Shown: piece after piece, positions 9,999 to 18,672 of the stretch
Numbering within the stretch: the stretch's first letter is position 1
Layout of the letters: each line of letters begins with the position of its first letter
IMG/VR virus record: IMGVR_UViG_3300008267_000148
Span: 830-64,829 of that record
DNA length: 64,000 bases
From: a virus
Lineage: Duplodnaviria; Caudoviricetes
Reading direction: 5' to 3' (one strand)
The notes under the pieces: generated by a model
Database searches by the model: none
The model's input: only the letters and a program-made list of their open reading frames with translations
Told to the model about the DNA's origin: nothing
Program-made: the position numbers and the translations under genes

Positions 9999-10976
9999 TT
10001 ACTTACCGAATCCGATATCTGTTTTAGGTTTTGCTGTTGGTCGTTTCTTCATACCATCAAGGTTCTCCATAGTTTCTTCAAAACTACGACCCATTACGAT
10101 GGTTGATACAACAACTTCTTTAAGGTGAGATAAAGACATACCTTCAGTTCTTGTTAACCATTCTTTGATGTTAATCTGAGCCAAGTCCTCATCATTCAAT
10201 TTATGTTTGATGTAAGCCTCACGAATCTCTTCATTTGGTAACTCAACTCGGTATCTACGGTCGAAACGTGATGGTCGGTTGGTGATACGCTCTTCCAATT
10301 TCTCAGGGTAGTTTGTTGTTGCGATATAAACAACATTCTCAATTTGTTTAACCCCATCCAAAATATTTAACAAACGACTAGTCTGACTTCTACTCTCACC
10401 CGCAATTGAATCGATGTCTTCTAAGATAACAACCAATGGTCGGTTAGGTTCAATCTTACGGAACGTTGGGATGAACTTGGTGAATGATTCGACATCCTCC
10501 TCGTCTTTGATGTTAATTACAATACCATTCTTATCCATGATAAGTTTAGATAACAACTGAATGATACCTGACTTACCACAACCTGGTTCACCATACATCA
10601 AAATACCTCGTTTGTGAATGAAGTTGTATTTTTTATATACATCAACTCGGTTCCAAAAACTATCAATGTCCTCTAAGATATCAGTAATCTCAGGTGAAGG
10701 TAAGTGATACAACTCATCGGTTTTGAATGGTTGTTTCTTTAATGTATAATTTTGTAATTGGTGGTTCCAAACAATCTCGTAAATACCTGCGGGAACTTGG
10801 GGTGTTGTCACATAAGAAGGTGAGAACTCCTCGTCTTTTAACATACTCCAACAAGTGGGGATATCAGAATCAACCTTTTCATCTTCAATCACTCCGTTAA
10901 TTGGTCCGTCGTATGTAGCAACCTCATCGTTATCCAATTCTGATATAAGTTTTTGAATGTCCTTAAAATTTTTCAT
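9999..10976 (-). CDS. AAA+ ATPase
   Basis: Walker A GEPGCGKS, Walker B VILEDID, ATTNYPE, second region of homology RPSRFDR; start revised to MKNFKD. Confidence 0.9.
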   Translation of the reverse strand: MKNFKDIQKLISELDNDEVATYDGPINGVIEDEKVDSDIPTCWSMLKDEEFSPSYVTTPQVPAGIYEIVWNHQLQNYTLKKQPFKTDELYHLPSPEITDILEDIDSFWNRVDVYKKYNFIHKRGILMYGEPGCGKSGIIQLLSKLIMDKNGIVINIKDEEDVESFTKFIPTFRKIEPNRPLVVILEDIDSIAGESRSQTSRLLNILDGVKQIENVVYIATTNYPEKLEERITNRPSRFDRRYRVELPNEEIREAYIKHKLNDEDLAQINIKEWLTRTEGMSLSHLKEVVVSTIVMGRSFEETMENLDGMKKRPTAKPKTDIGFGK

Positions 10977-11054
10977 GTATAATGTTTTTACAATCATAAA
11001 AAAATAAAATCCATTTATCAAGTGGGTTCATAACTTATATTTAAAGAAAAAGAT

Positions 11055-11405
11055 ATGGCACATCCTATTATACACGCAAAAAGTTCCGCTAAAAAGTTCG
11101 GTGGAAAATGGGAAGAATATATAGATATTCATAACTGGTTCGACGAGACCAAATCTTGGTATGGTCATTCAAATCACAGAATGTTTCGACATCATTCAGA
11201 GGGTATCTTTGAAATGGAAAAGATATTCGGAAGTCACTTTACCAATAGTGAGGGTAAAGTTGTTTACACTCGTTATGTTGGTGAGCAACACGTAAAGGAA
11301 GATTGTTATAATCACATTCCATCGGCGAAAGAATGGTTAATGGCGTTAGAAGCAAAAGAAAGACCAATGTGGATGATGAGAACTTTAGAATTAAATGTAG
11401 ATTAA
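11055..11405 (+). CDS. DUF6915-like His-rich protein
   Basis: MAHP..HAKSS.KKFGG..Y..IH.WFD..K...HR..RHH..GIF..E...EQHV.ED pattern (family recalled, not searched). Confidence 0.7.
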   Translation: MAHPIIHAKSSAKKFGGKWEEYIDIHNWFDETKSWYGHSNHRMFRHHSEGIFEMEKIFGSHFTNSEGKVVYTRYVGEQHVKEDCYNHIPSAKEWLMALEAKERPMWMMRTLELNVD

Positions 11406-11426
11406 AGTATTTATAATAAAAAAATT

Positions 11427-12101
11427 ATGACACCAATAGTTACAGAAGAAGAATTAAAATCACTTAAATTATTTTCATATTACCTACAATCACACGGTAT
11501 TAAAAAAGCGGAAATGCAAGTTTATATTGAAGAATGTGGTATTGGTTATATGCCAGATAACGCGTATGGTGATGGTGGTCATGCTGAACTATACGACGCA
11601 GTTAGAAAAACTTTAGAAGATATTATTGAAAATAATGAATTGCATTCACAAGGTAATGATTGTGATAATAGAGGTAGTTTAAATTTATTTATCGATTGCG
11701 TAGAAAGAACTTTGGAGGCTGAGTATGATGAATATGTTCAAGGAACAAACGAAATGTCAGACTCAAAATACATAGATAATGATGATTTAGATGGCGATGA
11801 GAAAGATGCTATTGAGGGTTTCTTCGGTGAAATCAGTAAAACAGGTGATAGACTATACTTCAACGGTGGTGGTGACTCAGGTGAAATTGATAGTAGAACC
11901 GACAATGGTATTGAGGTACCAACTGATGTTTTAAATTTCCTTTATTCATGGTTAGAAAACTTCTACGGTGGTTGGGAAATAAACGAGGGTTCTCAAGGTA
12001 GTTTTTATTTTGACCCAAGTGAAAGAGCAATATTCTTAGACTTTGGTGAGAACACTGAAGAAACCGTAAGTGCCGGTATTGACTTCCAAATCAAATTCTA
12101 A
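11427..12101 (+). CDS. DUF6878-like acidic protein
   Basis: FNGGGDSGEID...GGWEINEGSQG motifs; TATTTAT at 11408-11414. Confidence 0.65.
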   Translation: MTPIVTEEELKSLKLFSYYLQSHGIKKAEMQVYIEECGIGYMPDNAYGDGGHAELYDAVRKTLEDIIENNELHSQGNDCDNRGSLNLFIDCVERTLEAEYDEYVQGTNEMSDSKYIDNDDLDGDEKDAIEGFFGEISKTGDRLYFNGGGDSGEIDSRTDNGIEVPTDVLNFLYSWLENFYGGWEINEGSQGSFYFDPSERAIFLDFGENTEETVSAGIDFQIKF

Positions 12102-12109
12102 TAAATAAC

Positions 12110-12134
12110 AAAACCCCTCCGAAGAGGGGTTTTT
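12110..12134. terminator. bidirectional intrinsic terminator
   Basis: aaaacccctc-cgaa-gaggggtttt between convergent transcription units. Confidence 0.85.
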
Positions 12135-12136
12135 CA

Positions 12137-12315
12137 GTCTGGCTAAAATGAGTAAGTTTCAAAGAAGTTTGCGTTTTGACGAGCGAATTTTGAATTTGGC
12201 AAATTTTGACTAAAGGACTGTACTATATCAAAATCGTATCATCAAGGTGCGAACCTTTTCCAGAATATGTAGTGAAGTATGGATAACCATACGTCTACTC
12301 ATTTTTCGCCGAGAC
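12137..12315 (-). ncRNA. candidate structured non-coding RNA downstream of DIP1984-like gene
   Basis: no ORF of 60 aa or more; ends pair in a ~18-bp imperfect stem (GUCUCGGCGAAAAAUGAGUA / UACUCAUUUUAGCCAGAC); internal hairpins GUAUGG-uuau-CCAUAC and AAGGU-ucgc-ACCUU; three UCAAAA repeats; terminator follows immediately. Confidence 0.65.
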
Positions 12316-12320
12316 CGGCT

Positions 12321-12752
12321 TTAGATTTGAGTGATTGAATTGTGAGCGTCTAACTCATCTTGAATCTCTTCAATTTGAGCTTCTAATGCTTTCACCATGT
12401 CGTCTCTTTGTAAGACTCCGATTTCGGAAACCATCATAATAGGTTCACTCTCTCTCCACCCTCTACTTGACTTACCTTCAGTACAACTTAGGCTACGTAG
12501 TTTTGTAACCATTGACTTTAACTCAGCTAATTTAAAGATTTTGTCATAGACGGGAGCATTCGCTCTATGAATTCTTGTCTTCAAATCTACAAGTTGTTTA
12601 ACACCTTCGTTAAACATAGCCAACATTTCAGTTGGGTTGTAAGGTCTTGTCATTCCTTCTTCAACAGAGTTGTAAGAACTAACTCTACTGAAGTACTCGG
12701 CGTTCTCTTTGACGAGTTTGTTTTTCAGTTTTAACGCTTGTTTAATATTCAT
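12321..12752 (-). CDS. DIP1984/DUF6847-like coiled-coil protein
   Basis: MNIKQALKLKNKL...N...LK.RI..AN...D.L...IE.IQD.LD..N pattern (family recalled, not searched). Confidence 0.65.
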   Translation of the reverse strand: MNIKQALKLKNKLVKENAEYFSRVSSYNSVEEGMTRPYNPTEMLAMFNEGVKQLVDLKTRIHRANAPVYDKIFKLAELKSMVTKLRSLSCTEGKSSRGWRESEPIMMVSEIGVLQRDDMVKALEAQIEEIQDELDAHNSITQI

Positions 12753-12805
12753 CTTTTTCTCTTTTAACTTCTATACAATTATAATAACAAAACTCAGAAA
12801 GTCAA

Positions 12806-13132
12806 TTACCATATCTCGTGAAATATCAATCTAAATTCACTACCGCGTCTTTCGTTATATTCATCTTCAAGTTGTTTTCTAATCTGATTATTAAAAACTT
12901 CCCAATCCATAGCTTCCACTTCAAACCCTAAAACATTGGCAATAGTTCTAATATCGTCACCAATACCCTCTAATGGAATTGGTTTACCATTAGTTAATAT
13001 AATGATACTCTCTTGTACTTTTGGGTAATCAGTATACAAATAGAACATCCTGTAATCAGGGTGTCTCCTCATCTCAGGTCGTCTTTCGTATACCTCTTTT
13101 AAGAACGTTTCTACTCGTTTAGAATAAATCAT
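12806..13132 (-). CDS. hypothetical protein
   Basis: 108-aa ORF. Confidence 0.7.
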   Translation of the reverse strand: MIYSKRVETFLKEVYERRPEMRRHPDYRMFYLYTDYPKVQESIIILTNGKPIPLEGIGDDIRTIANVLGFEVEAMDWEVFNNQIRKQLEDEYNERRGSEFRLIFHEIW

Positions 13133-13154
13133 AGATAAATGTATACAAAATAAA

Positions 13155-13175
13155 AAAGGGAGTCAAACTCCCTTC
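13155..13175 (-). terminator. intrinsic terminator
   Basis: aagggagt-caa-actcccttc hairpin with U-tract on the minus strand. Confidence 0.7.
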
Positions 13176-13180
13176 TTAAA

Positions 13181-13918
13181 TTAAATCATCTTCAAGATGA
13201 CTTCAGTCTTACCATCCCACTTTACGATTTGACTTTTTGGAATCCAAAACTCCATCTCACCAATCTCCTCAACTCGTTTCATGTAGTCGTTACGGAAACG
13301 CTCTGCTTGACTACGGTCAGTGATGTACTCAATCTTCATGTGTTTAGCACAAGTCTTACCCATCTTAGTAATCATTGAGAACTCGTCAGTCAAAGTCTTA
13401 CCACAACATACACAGATGTTACCACGTTTCTCAGTCATCTTACCTGCGAACTTCACTGCTTTAGGTGACACAGCCAACAACTTAGTGATGTCAAGAAGAA
13501 CAGGGTTGAACTCAAGACCGTAAGCCTCTTTCATTCCTTGACCAACTTTACGGCCAACTTTCAAAGTCTCACCGATAAGGTTGAGGTTGAAGTTACGGGT
13601 CTTCTTTTGGTCTTCTTCTTTTTGGATTTGTTTCAAAGCTGCTGAAACTTGTTTGTCGGTCAATTTACCGTACTTCTCAAGTTTAGCTTGTAATTCTTTA
13701 ACGAAAGCGTTCTCACCTTCGTAAGACTGAACTTTCTTCATGTCGTCAGTCAATTCAACCTGTTTTGCTTCAACAGGTGCTGAGAGGATTTTCTCTACGG
13801 CTGCGGATTGGTTGGGTGTCAATTGACCCCACTTATTAAGAGTTTCCTTCATCTTAAGGATGAATGAGTTGTTGCCTTGGTAGTTACGAACTTGGGTAGT
13901 GGTGTTGGTGGTTGTCAT
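13181..13918 (-). CDS. early hypothetical protein with internal repeat and C-terminal DUF6011-like zinc finger
   Basis: two copies of Y.G.N.F...K...K(W/Y)G.LT..Q; CVCCGKTLTD..S..MG..C; host-type promoter upstream. Confidence 0.75.
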   Translation of the reverse strand: MTTTNTTTQVRNYQGNNSFILKMKETLNKWGQLTPNQSAAVEKILSAPVEAKQVELTDDMKKVQSYEGENAFVKELQAKLEKYGKLTDKQVSAALKQIQKEEDQKKTRNFNLNLIGETLKVGRKVGQGMKEAYGLEFNPVLLDITKLLAVSPKAVKFAGKMTEKRGNICVCCGKTLTDEFSMITKMGKTCAKHMKIEYITDRSQAERFRNDYMKRVEEIGEMEFWIPKSQIVKWDGKTEVILKMI

Positions 13919-13939
13919 AGTATCTCTGATTTTGTTTTA

Positions 13940-13971
13940 CAAAGATACTGCGAATATTTGACTTTACCAAA
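13940..13971 (-). promoter_or_regulatory. Bacteroidota sigma-A promoter TTTG-N20-TATCTTTG
   Basis: exact consensus match upstream of 13181..13918. Confidence 0.85.
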
Positions 13972-13972
13972 T

Positions 13973-14923
13973 TTATTTTGGGTGATTGAATGTAAATGTT
14001 ACGTTGTCGTCATTTAAATACTTACTATTGTCAGTAATAAAACGATACTTGACACCTTTTTCGATGTCCTCAGAGAATGGACTTGGTACCACATAACCTT
14101 CAGGGTTAACAACTAATCTGTTTGTCCCTTCTACGTTTCCGGCCTTGTTGATTGTAATTTCAACATTAATCTTACCACCAGTCTTTTTAATCTTATCTAC
14201 GGTAAAATTAACTTTCTTTTTGTCTGGACCCCAACCCATACTTACCCATCTTGGTTTACCAATCAATGATTTTTTAATATCGGCTTTACTGAACTCCTCA
14301 ACTCTTTCTTTTTTAATTCGGTCAAATGTTTTTATACCACGAACTAAAGCGTCCATTTCATTTCTAGTAACATCATAAACATTTGATTGAAGTCCTGAAT
14401 TGTATCTAACAGGATTGGATTGTGATAAATGTTTTGAGGTTGAGCTTGAGTAGTTGTCACTAACTCTAAACCACTTATTATCTTTAAATAAGAAGATTGG
14501 GTACCATGAATACGAACTAACTATATAATGCCAGTTGTGACTATTATCAACATCCCAATAACCTTCTAAGTTTGAACCTTTAAAGGGGATTTTAGCTGAA
14601 CTATATTCGTAAGCAGTATTGTTTGGTGTCTTTCTTTGTTTGAAACTTCTGAAGTCTTTGAAACTTAACTTATCTAAGTTCTCGTAGTCACCTTCAGGTC
14701 TGTAGTTTGCCGTATAAACTTCGTAGTAGAATCTTGCATCAGTTGCTGGTCGACCAACAAACGGCATCATGGTTTTGATGAACTCTAATAACTTTGATTG
14801 TGTTGGGTATTCCGTTTTGTGTTTGTTCAAGTATTTGAATAAACGTACTTCTTTCTCAGACAACGGTTTGTCCACACCACCATCAAGTTGTTCTTGTAAT
14901 ATTTGTAATATCAACTCTTTCAT
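13973..14923 (-). CDS. hypothetical late protein with ILQEQ leader (start revised)
   Basis: MKELILQILQEQL; TATTTAT at 14929-14935. Confidence 0.75.
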   Translation of the reverse strand: MKELILQILQEQLDGGVDKPLSEKEVRLFKYLNKHKTEYPTQSKLLEFIKTMMPFVGRPATDARFYYEVYTANYRPEGDYENLDKLSFKDFRSFKQRKTPNNTAYEYSSAKIPFKGSNLEGYWDVDNSHNWHYIVSSYSWYPIFLFKDNKWFRVSDNYSSSTSKHLSQSNPVRYNSGLQSNVYDVTRNEMDALVRGIKTFDRIKKERVEEFSKADIKKSLIGKPRWVSMGWGPDKKKVNFTVDKIKKTGGKINVEITINKAGNVEGTNRLVVNPEGYVVPSPFSEDIEKGVKYRFITDNSKYLNDDNVTFTFNHPK

Positions 14924-14993
14924 CAGTAATAAATATCTTGTAAACGAAAAAACCCCCACATTTCTGTGAGGGTCTTTTAATATTTATGATACC

Positions 14994-15455
14994 TTATTTC
15001 AAGAATCTTAATTTGTATAATGTTGAATTGATTAACTCACAAACATTATCAATTTGATTTTGGATGTAGGAGTCTTTACAACAATCTCTTAATTCGGTCA
15101 CCTTTTCACAAAGGTCTTTAAGATAATTAATAGTTGATGTGGAATCTTTATAGTCATCAATCGGGTATTGTTTATAACCCTTTAAGATTGTGTACTTACC
15201 TTGATAAGACTCAATTAATCCGTCAATGAGTCCTCCGATTCCGTCGTAATAACCATTTAACGCAATATGTTCAGCGTATGATTTAGTTTGTAAATGTAAA
15301 GTATGTGCTTGTGTTCTTGAGTGAAGTAACAAAGACATCATTTCTGTAAAATCTTTTTTACCACCGTTATTTTGTTCAACAATCAAACCTTTTTGTTTAA
15401 CCGCTTCAAATAATTTCTCTTTTAATAATTCTTTATCCATAATTAAAGTTTTCAT
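14994..15455 (-). CDS. ferritin/Dps-like four-helix protein (DUF5856-like)
   Basis: QAHTLHLQTKSYAEHIAL..YY...D.L.ESYQG...QN.ID...LI.STLYKL.FL; true start may be the Met at 15440. Confidence 0.75.
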   Translation of the reverse strand: MKTLIMDKELLKEKLFEAVKQKGLIVEQNNGGKKDFTEMMSLLLHSRTQAHTLHLQTKSYAEHIALNGYYDGIGGLIDGLIESYQGKYTILKGYKQYPIDDYKDSTSTINYLKDLCEKVTELRDCCKDSYIQNQIDNVCELINSTLYKLRFLK

Positions 15456-15462
15456 ATAAATA

Positions 15463-15735
15463 TCAAAAATCTACAAAACAACTACCGTCAATTGAAAATA
15501 ATTTGATTCTAGTATCCATATCCTTCTTCATATAATATTTCAATATTTTGTCAGTATATTCACCGAAATCACCTCTATTTAGAATTTTAACCAGAAACTC
15601 GTGAATATTAATATTAATAGATTTATATGGTCTATTGTTATATCCTATAATAACAAACTTAATCCGGTTGGGGTTTTTTGGAATGTCAACCTCAACAGGT
15701 TTAGTTTCGTGTATCTTTAATGGATTATCTATCAA
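15463..15735 (-). CDS. hypothetical protein
   Basis: 90-aa ORF overlapping the end of rmlC. Confidence 0.6.
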   Translation of the reverse strand: MIDNPLKIHETKPVEVDIPKNPNRIKFVIIGYNNRPYKSININIHEFLVKILNRGDFGEYTDKILKYYMKKDMDTRIKLFSIDGSCFVDF

Positions 15736-16243
15736 AGGTAAAGTTCTTGGTGTAGTTATCTTTATGTGAAATAATCAAATCATCAGTTGATAACTTACCA
15801 TCAAAAAACTCTTTAATGGTCTCTCTAATCTCAGGAAACTCGTTCCAATAAATTGAACCTTCGTTCTCAGGACTATACACATTATCAACCAAATATTGAA
15901 CAACCGTGTTATCCTCGGTAGTTAAAAATCCGTGAGCGTAACCTCTTGGGACCAATAATACTTCACCAGGTGATACTATAAACGTACTAACCTTCATATA
16001 CTCAGGTGACTCAGGTCTAATGTCAACAATAAAGTCAATTATCATACCGTGAATTACTTTAATTAACTTAGCTTGAGCAAAGTCACCTAATTGGAAGTGC
16101 AATCCTCTAAAAGTCCCTCTAGTAGTGTTTACACTAACATTACTCTGTAACCATTGTTTACCTAATAAATCTAAAGCTAGTGGTGCAAATGACCCTCTAT
16201 GGTCCACAAAAACATCGTTTTTAATTTTATAACCGAATTCCAT
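15725..16243 (-). CDS. rmlC: dTDP-4-dehydrorhamnose 3,5-epimerase
   Basis: D.RG.F, GTFRGLHFQ, QAKL, D..VDIR..SP, VPRGYAHGF, Y.P..E. Confidence 0.92.
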   Translation of the reverse strand: MEFGYKIKNDVFVDHRGSFAPLALDLLGKQWLQSNVSVNTTRGTFRGLHFQLGDFAQAKLIKVIHGMIIDFIVDIRPESPEYMKVSTFIVSPGEVLLVPRGYAHGFLTTEDNTVVQYLVDNVYSPENEGSIYWNEFPEIRETIKEFFDGKLSTDDLIISHKDNYTKNFTFDR

Positions 16244-16244
16244 A

Positions 16245-17159
16245 TTACTTAATAATTTTTTCTAACCAATCTTTTAGTTTAATTGTTTGTATTTCACCAA
16301 ACTCTATTCTGTATTTTGAACTACTTAAAGAATATCTTCTGTCATGACCTAGTCGGTCTTCAACATATTTGTATTTAACTTCTTTACCTAAGATTTCACT
16401 AATCATACTTACCACTTGATTATTGGTGTAGGTCTCTTCACTACCAATATTGTAGATTTGATTAATCTGGTCTGACTTTAATAGTGTATAGATAGCCCTT
16501 GAGTTATCGTCAGCATGAATCCATTCTCTAACTTGATTACCATCACCATAAACAGGAACCTCAACATTGTTCTTAATTGATTGGATAATCTTAGGAATGA
16601 ATTTTTCGTGGTGTTGATTCTCACCGTAATTGTTACAAGTTCTGGTGATAAGATAAGGTAAACCAAATGTTCTGTTGGCTGAGATTACCAATAGGTCAGC
16701 CGCCGCTTTGGTTGATGAGTAATAAGAACTTGGGTGAAGTCCATCACCTTCTTGAGCTACGTGGTTTGGTGACCAAGTAAAATCATCCATATCACCATAA
16801 ACCTCATCCGTTGAGATGTGTAAGAATTTCTTTAGTTTGTCGTTCTTTCTGGCAACCTCCAACATGTTGAATGTTCCCTGGACGTTTGATTTAACAAATG
16901 GTAAACCGTCTTTGATTGAATTGTCTACGTGAGATTCTGCGGCGAAGTTAACAATGTAATCATACTCACCTAATTCTTCTGCAGTAACATCACAAATGTC
17001 TTTTTGAATAAACTTAACTGACTTACGGATATTATTAGGGTTCGCAGCATAAGTCATTTTATCAATCAAAACAATCTCGTCGTTTGTATTCTCGTTTACG
17101 TAATTAATAAAGTGTGAACCAATAAATCCAAGTCCACCTGTTACAATAATTTTACTCAT
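16245..17159 (-). CDS. rmlB: dTDP-glucose 4,6-dehydratase
   Basis: TGGLGFIGS, DKMTYAAN, FAAESHVDNSI, HISTDEVYG, YSSTKAAAD, NNYG, DRLGHDRRY. Confidence 0.95.
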   Translation of the reverse strand: MSKIIVTGGLGFIGSHFINYVNENTNDEIVLIDKMTYAANPNNIRKSVKFIQKDICDVTAEELGEYDYIVNFAAESHVDNSIKDGLPFVKSNVQGTFNMLEVARKNDKLKKFLHISTDEVYGDMDDFTWSPNHVAQEGDGLHPSSYYSSTKAAADLLVISANRTFGLPYLITRTCNNYGENQHHEKFIPKIIQSIKNNVEVPVYGDGNQVREWIHADDNSRAIYTLLKSDQINQIYNIGSEETYTNNQVVSMISEILGKEVKYKYVEDRLGHDRRYSLSSSKYRIEFGEIQTIKLKDWLEKIIK

Positions 17160-17217
17160 AAAAAAACCTTTGTATCAATCATAATACAAAGGTCTTCAAT
17201 TGTAAAATATTCGTAAG

Positions 17218-17520
17218 TTATTTACCTATAACAATCTCGTCAAAATTTAAGGAACCCATCCCTCTATTATCGTCAACAAATTCATCATACATAAACGATT
17301 TCGCAACTGATACAATACTTTGTTCACACTGAGCAATTTTAGACTCCATCCAATCTTCCAACTGTTCATTATCTTCCATTGATTCCCACATTTTTTGAGC
17401 CATGATAGCAATAGTGTATAATTGTTGTTTCGCCATGTAAGAACCTTCTTTGTGTTCTTCATTCAAACCATTAACCAACTTTTCAAGTTGTTTCTCGGTT
17501 AATATAATATCTTTACCCAT
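17218..17520 (-). CDS. hypothetical late protein with ILTEKQ leader (start revised)
   Basis: MGKDIILTEKQLEKLVNGLNEE; TATTTAT at 17536-17542. Confidence 0.75.
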   Translation of the reverse strand: MGKDIILTEKQLEKLVNGLNEEHKEGSYMAKQQLYTIAIMAQKMWESMEDNEQLEDWMESKIAQCEQSIVSVAKSFMYDEFVDDNRGMGSLNFDEIVIGK

Positions 17521-17555
17521 AGTTTTCTTTTCTATATAAATACTTTGAAAATAAG

Positions 17556-17581
17556 AAAGGGAGACGTTTCCATCTCCCTTT
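17556..17581. terminator. hairpin / intrinsic terminator
   Basis: aaagggaga-cgtttcca-tctcccttt inverted repeat. Confidence 0.7.
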
Positions 17582-17645
17582 GGGGCCGACCGAATTAACG
17601 GGGCTTCCACCACCTTATTTTACTAAACAAGGAAAAACACACACA

Positions 17646-18140
17646 CTACGAAAACTCAACACTGCTCGACACTCGGAGTCCGTCAATAATTTTATCAACA
17701 TGTCTCCTCCAATCAAACCAGATGGATTTCTCGTTCTTTTTGAAGTAATCTTCATCAGCAACTAAACCGTCCCAGTTTAACGCCATCTCGATGAACTCTT
17801 CAGTATCTTGGAGTACTCCGTATTCGTCAACTACTCGACCTGAACGTATGTACTTTAATAACTCCTCTTTATTTGAGTAATATTTGTTATTGTGGAAATT
17901 CCAACAAAATTTCCAACCACCGCTTCTTTTACCTAAATGAATATTTACCTCATTTAAAAACTCATCCCAAGGATTTTGTTTGTCCCATTCAAACTCACTA
18001 TTTTTGTCTTTAATTGTTGCAAAGTTACGACCAATTAAAGACACATCAAACCAATCTAAACGACTTACACGGTCACACAATCTCTGATGTCTTTCTAACA
18101 TTTCTTTGGATTTTGGAATCCTGTAAAAATTTGTTCCCAT
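17646..18140 (-). CDS. hypothetical phage protein (MGTNFY...IHLGKRSGGWKF...I.DEYG type)
   Basis: 164-aa ORF with motifs common in phage early proteins. Confidence 0.75.
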   Translation of the reverse strand: MGTNFYRIPKSKEMLERHQRLCDRVSRLDWFDVSLIGRNFATIKDKNSEFEWDKQNPWDEFLNEVNIHLGKRSGGWKFCWNFHNNKYYSNKEELLKYIRSGRVVDEYGVLQDTEEFIEMALNWDGLVADEDYFKKNEKSIWFDWRRHVDKIIDGLRVSSSVEFS

Positions 18141-18141
18141 G

Positions 18142-18360
18142 TCACTTTAAAAATTTATTGGTTACCGTGTCAATTAATAATTCTTGTTTCTGTGGTGAGT
18201 CAACAACATTATCATACAATCCTTTAACCTTAACTACCGCAACGATAAAGGACACCACTAAAATAATCAATAATGTTTTTAATATTTTTTTCCAAAATTT
18301 CAAAACCATATAGATTACGACTAAGATAGAGATTGCCCACCCGATTAATATACTATCCAT
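18142..18360 (-). CDS. small membrane protein
   Basis: two hydrophobic segments. Confidence 0.65.
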   Translation of the reverse strand: MDSILIGWAISILVVIYMVLKFWKKILKTLLIILVVSFIVAVVKVKGLYDNVVDSPQKQELLIDTVTNKFLK

Positions 18361-18368
18361 GTCTTATC

Positions 18369-18644
18369 TTATTTAGTAACTAAAGCTTCAATTTTACTTT
18401 TCATGTGGTCAGCCAACTCGTACTCGTTAGTTGAGGTGACAACAATTGAATCCTCCAAAAAACGGAAAGGGATATTGATAAGAAAATCAGTTCCGTTGAA
18501 AAAGGTCAAGTTGTTCTTCAACTCCAAACAACCCTGAATCATCTTCAAGAACAACTTGAACTGAGTACCGTCAACGAAGGTCTCGTTCAAAAGGGTTCCA
18601 AACTTTTCGTTCTCGATACGGATTTTATATACTACTGTGTTCAT
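18369..18644 (-). CDS. hypothetical early protein
   Basis: 91-aa ORF; TATCTTTG at 18662-18669. Confidence 0.75.
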   Translation of the reverse strand: MNTVVYKIRIENEKFGTLLNETFVDGTQFKLFLKMIQGCLELKNNLTFFNGTDFLINIPFRFLEDSIVVTSTNEYELADHMKSKIEALVTK

Positions 18645-18672
18645 ATGTCTGATTATTTATACAAAGATACTA

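Noticed and set aside
12137-12315. Retron msr-msd, tmRNA or canonical C/D-box guide
   Set aside because: No reverse transcriptase in the window, no tRNA-like ends or tag ORF, and the CUGA lies outside the closing stem; retained only as an unclassified ncRNA
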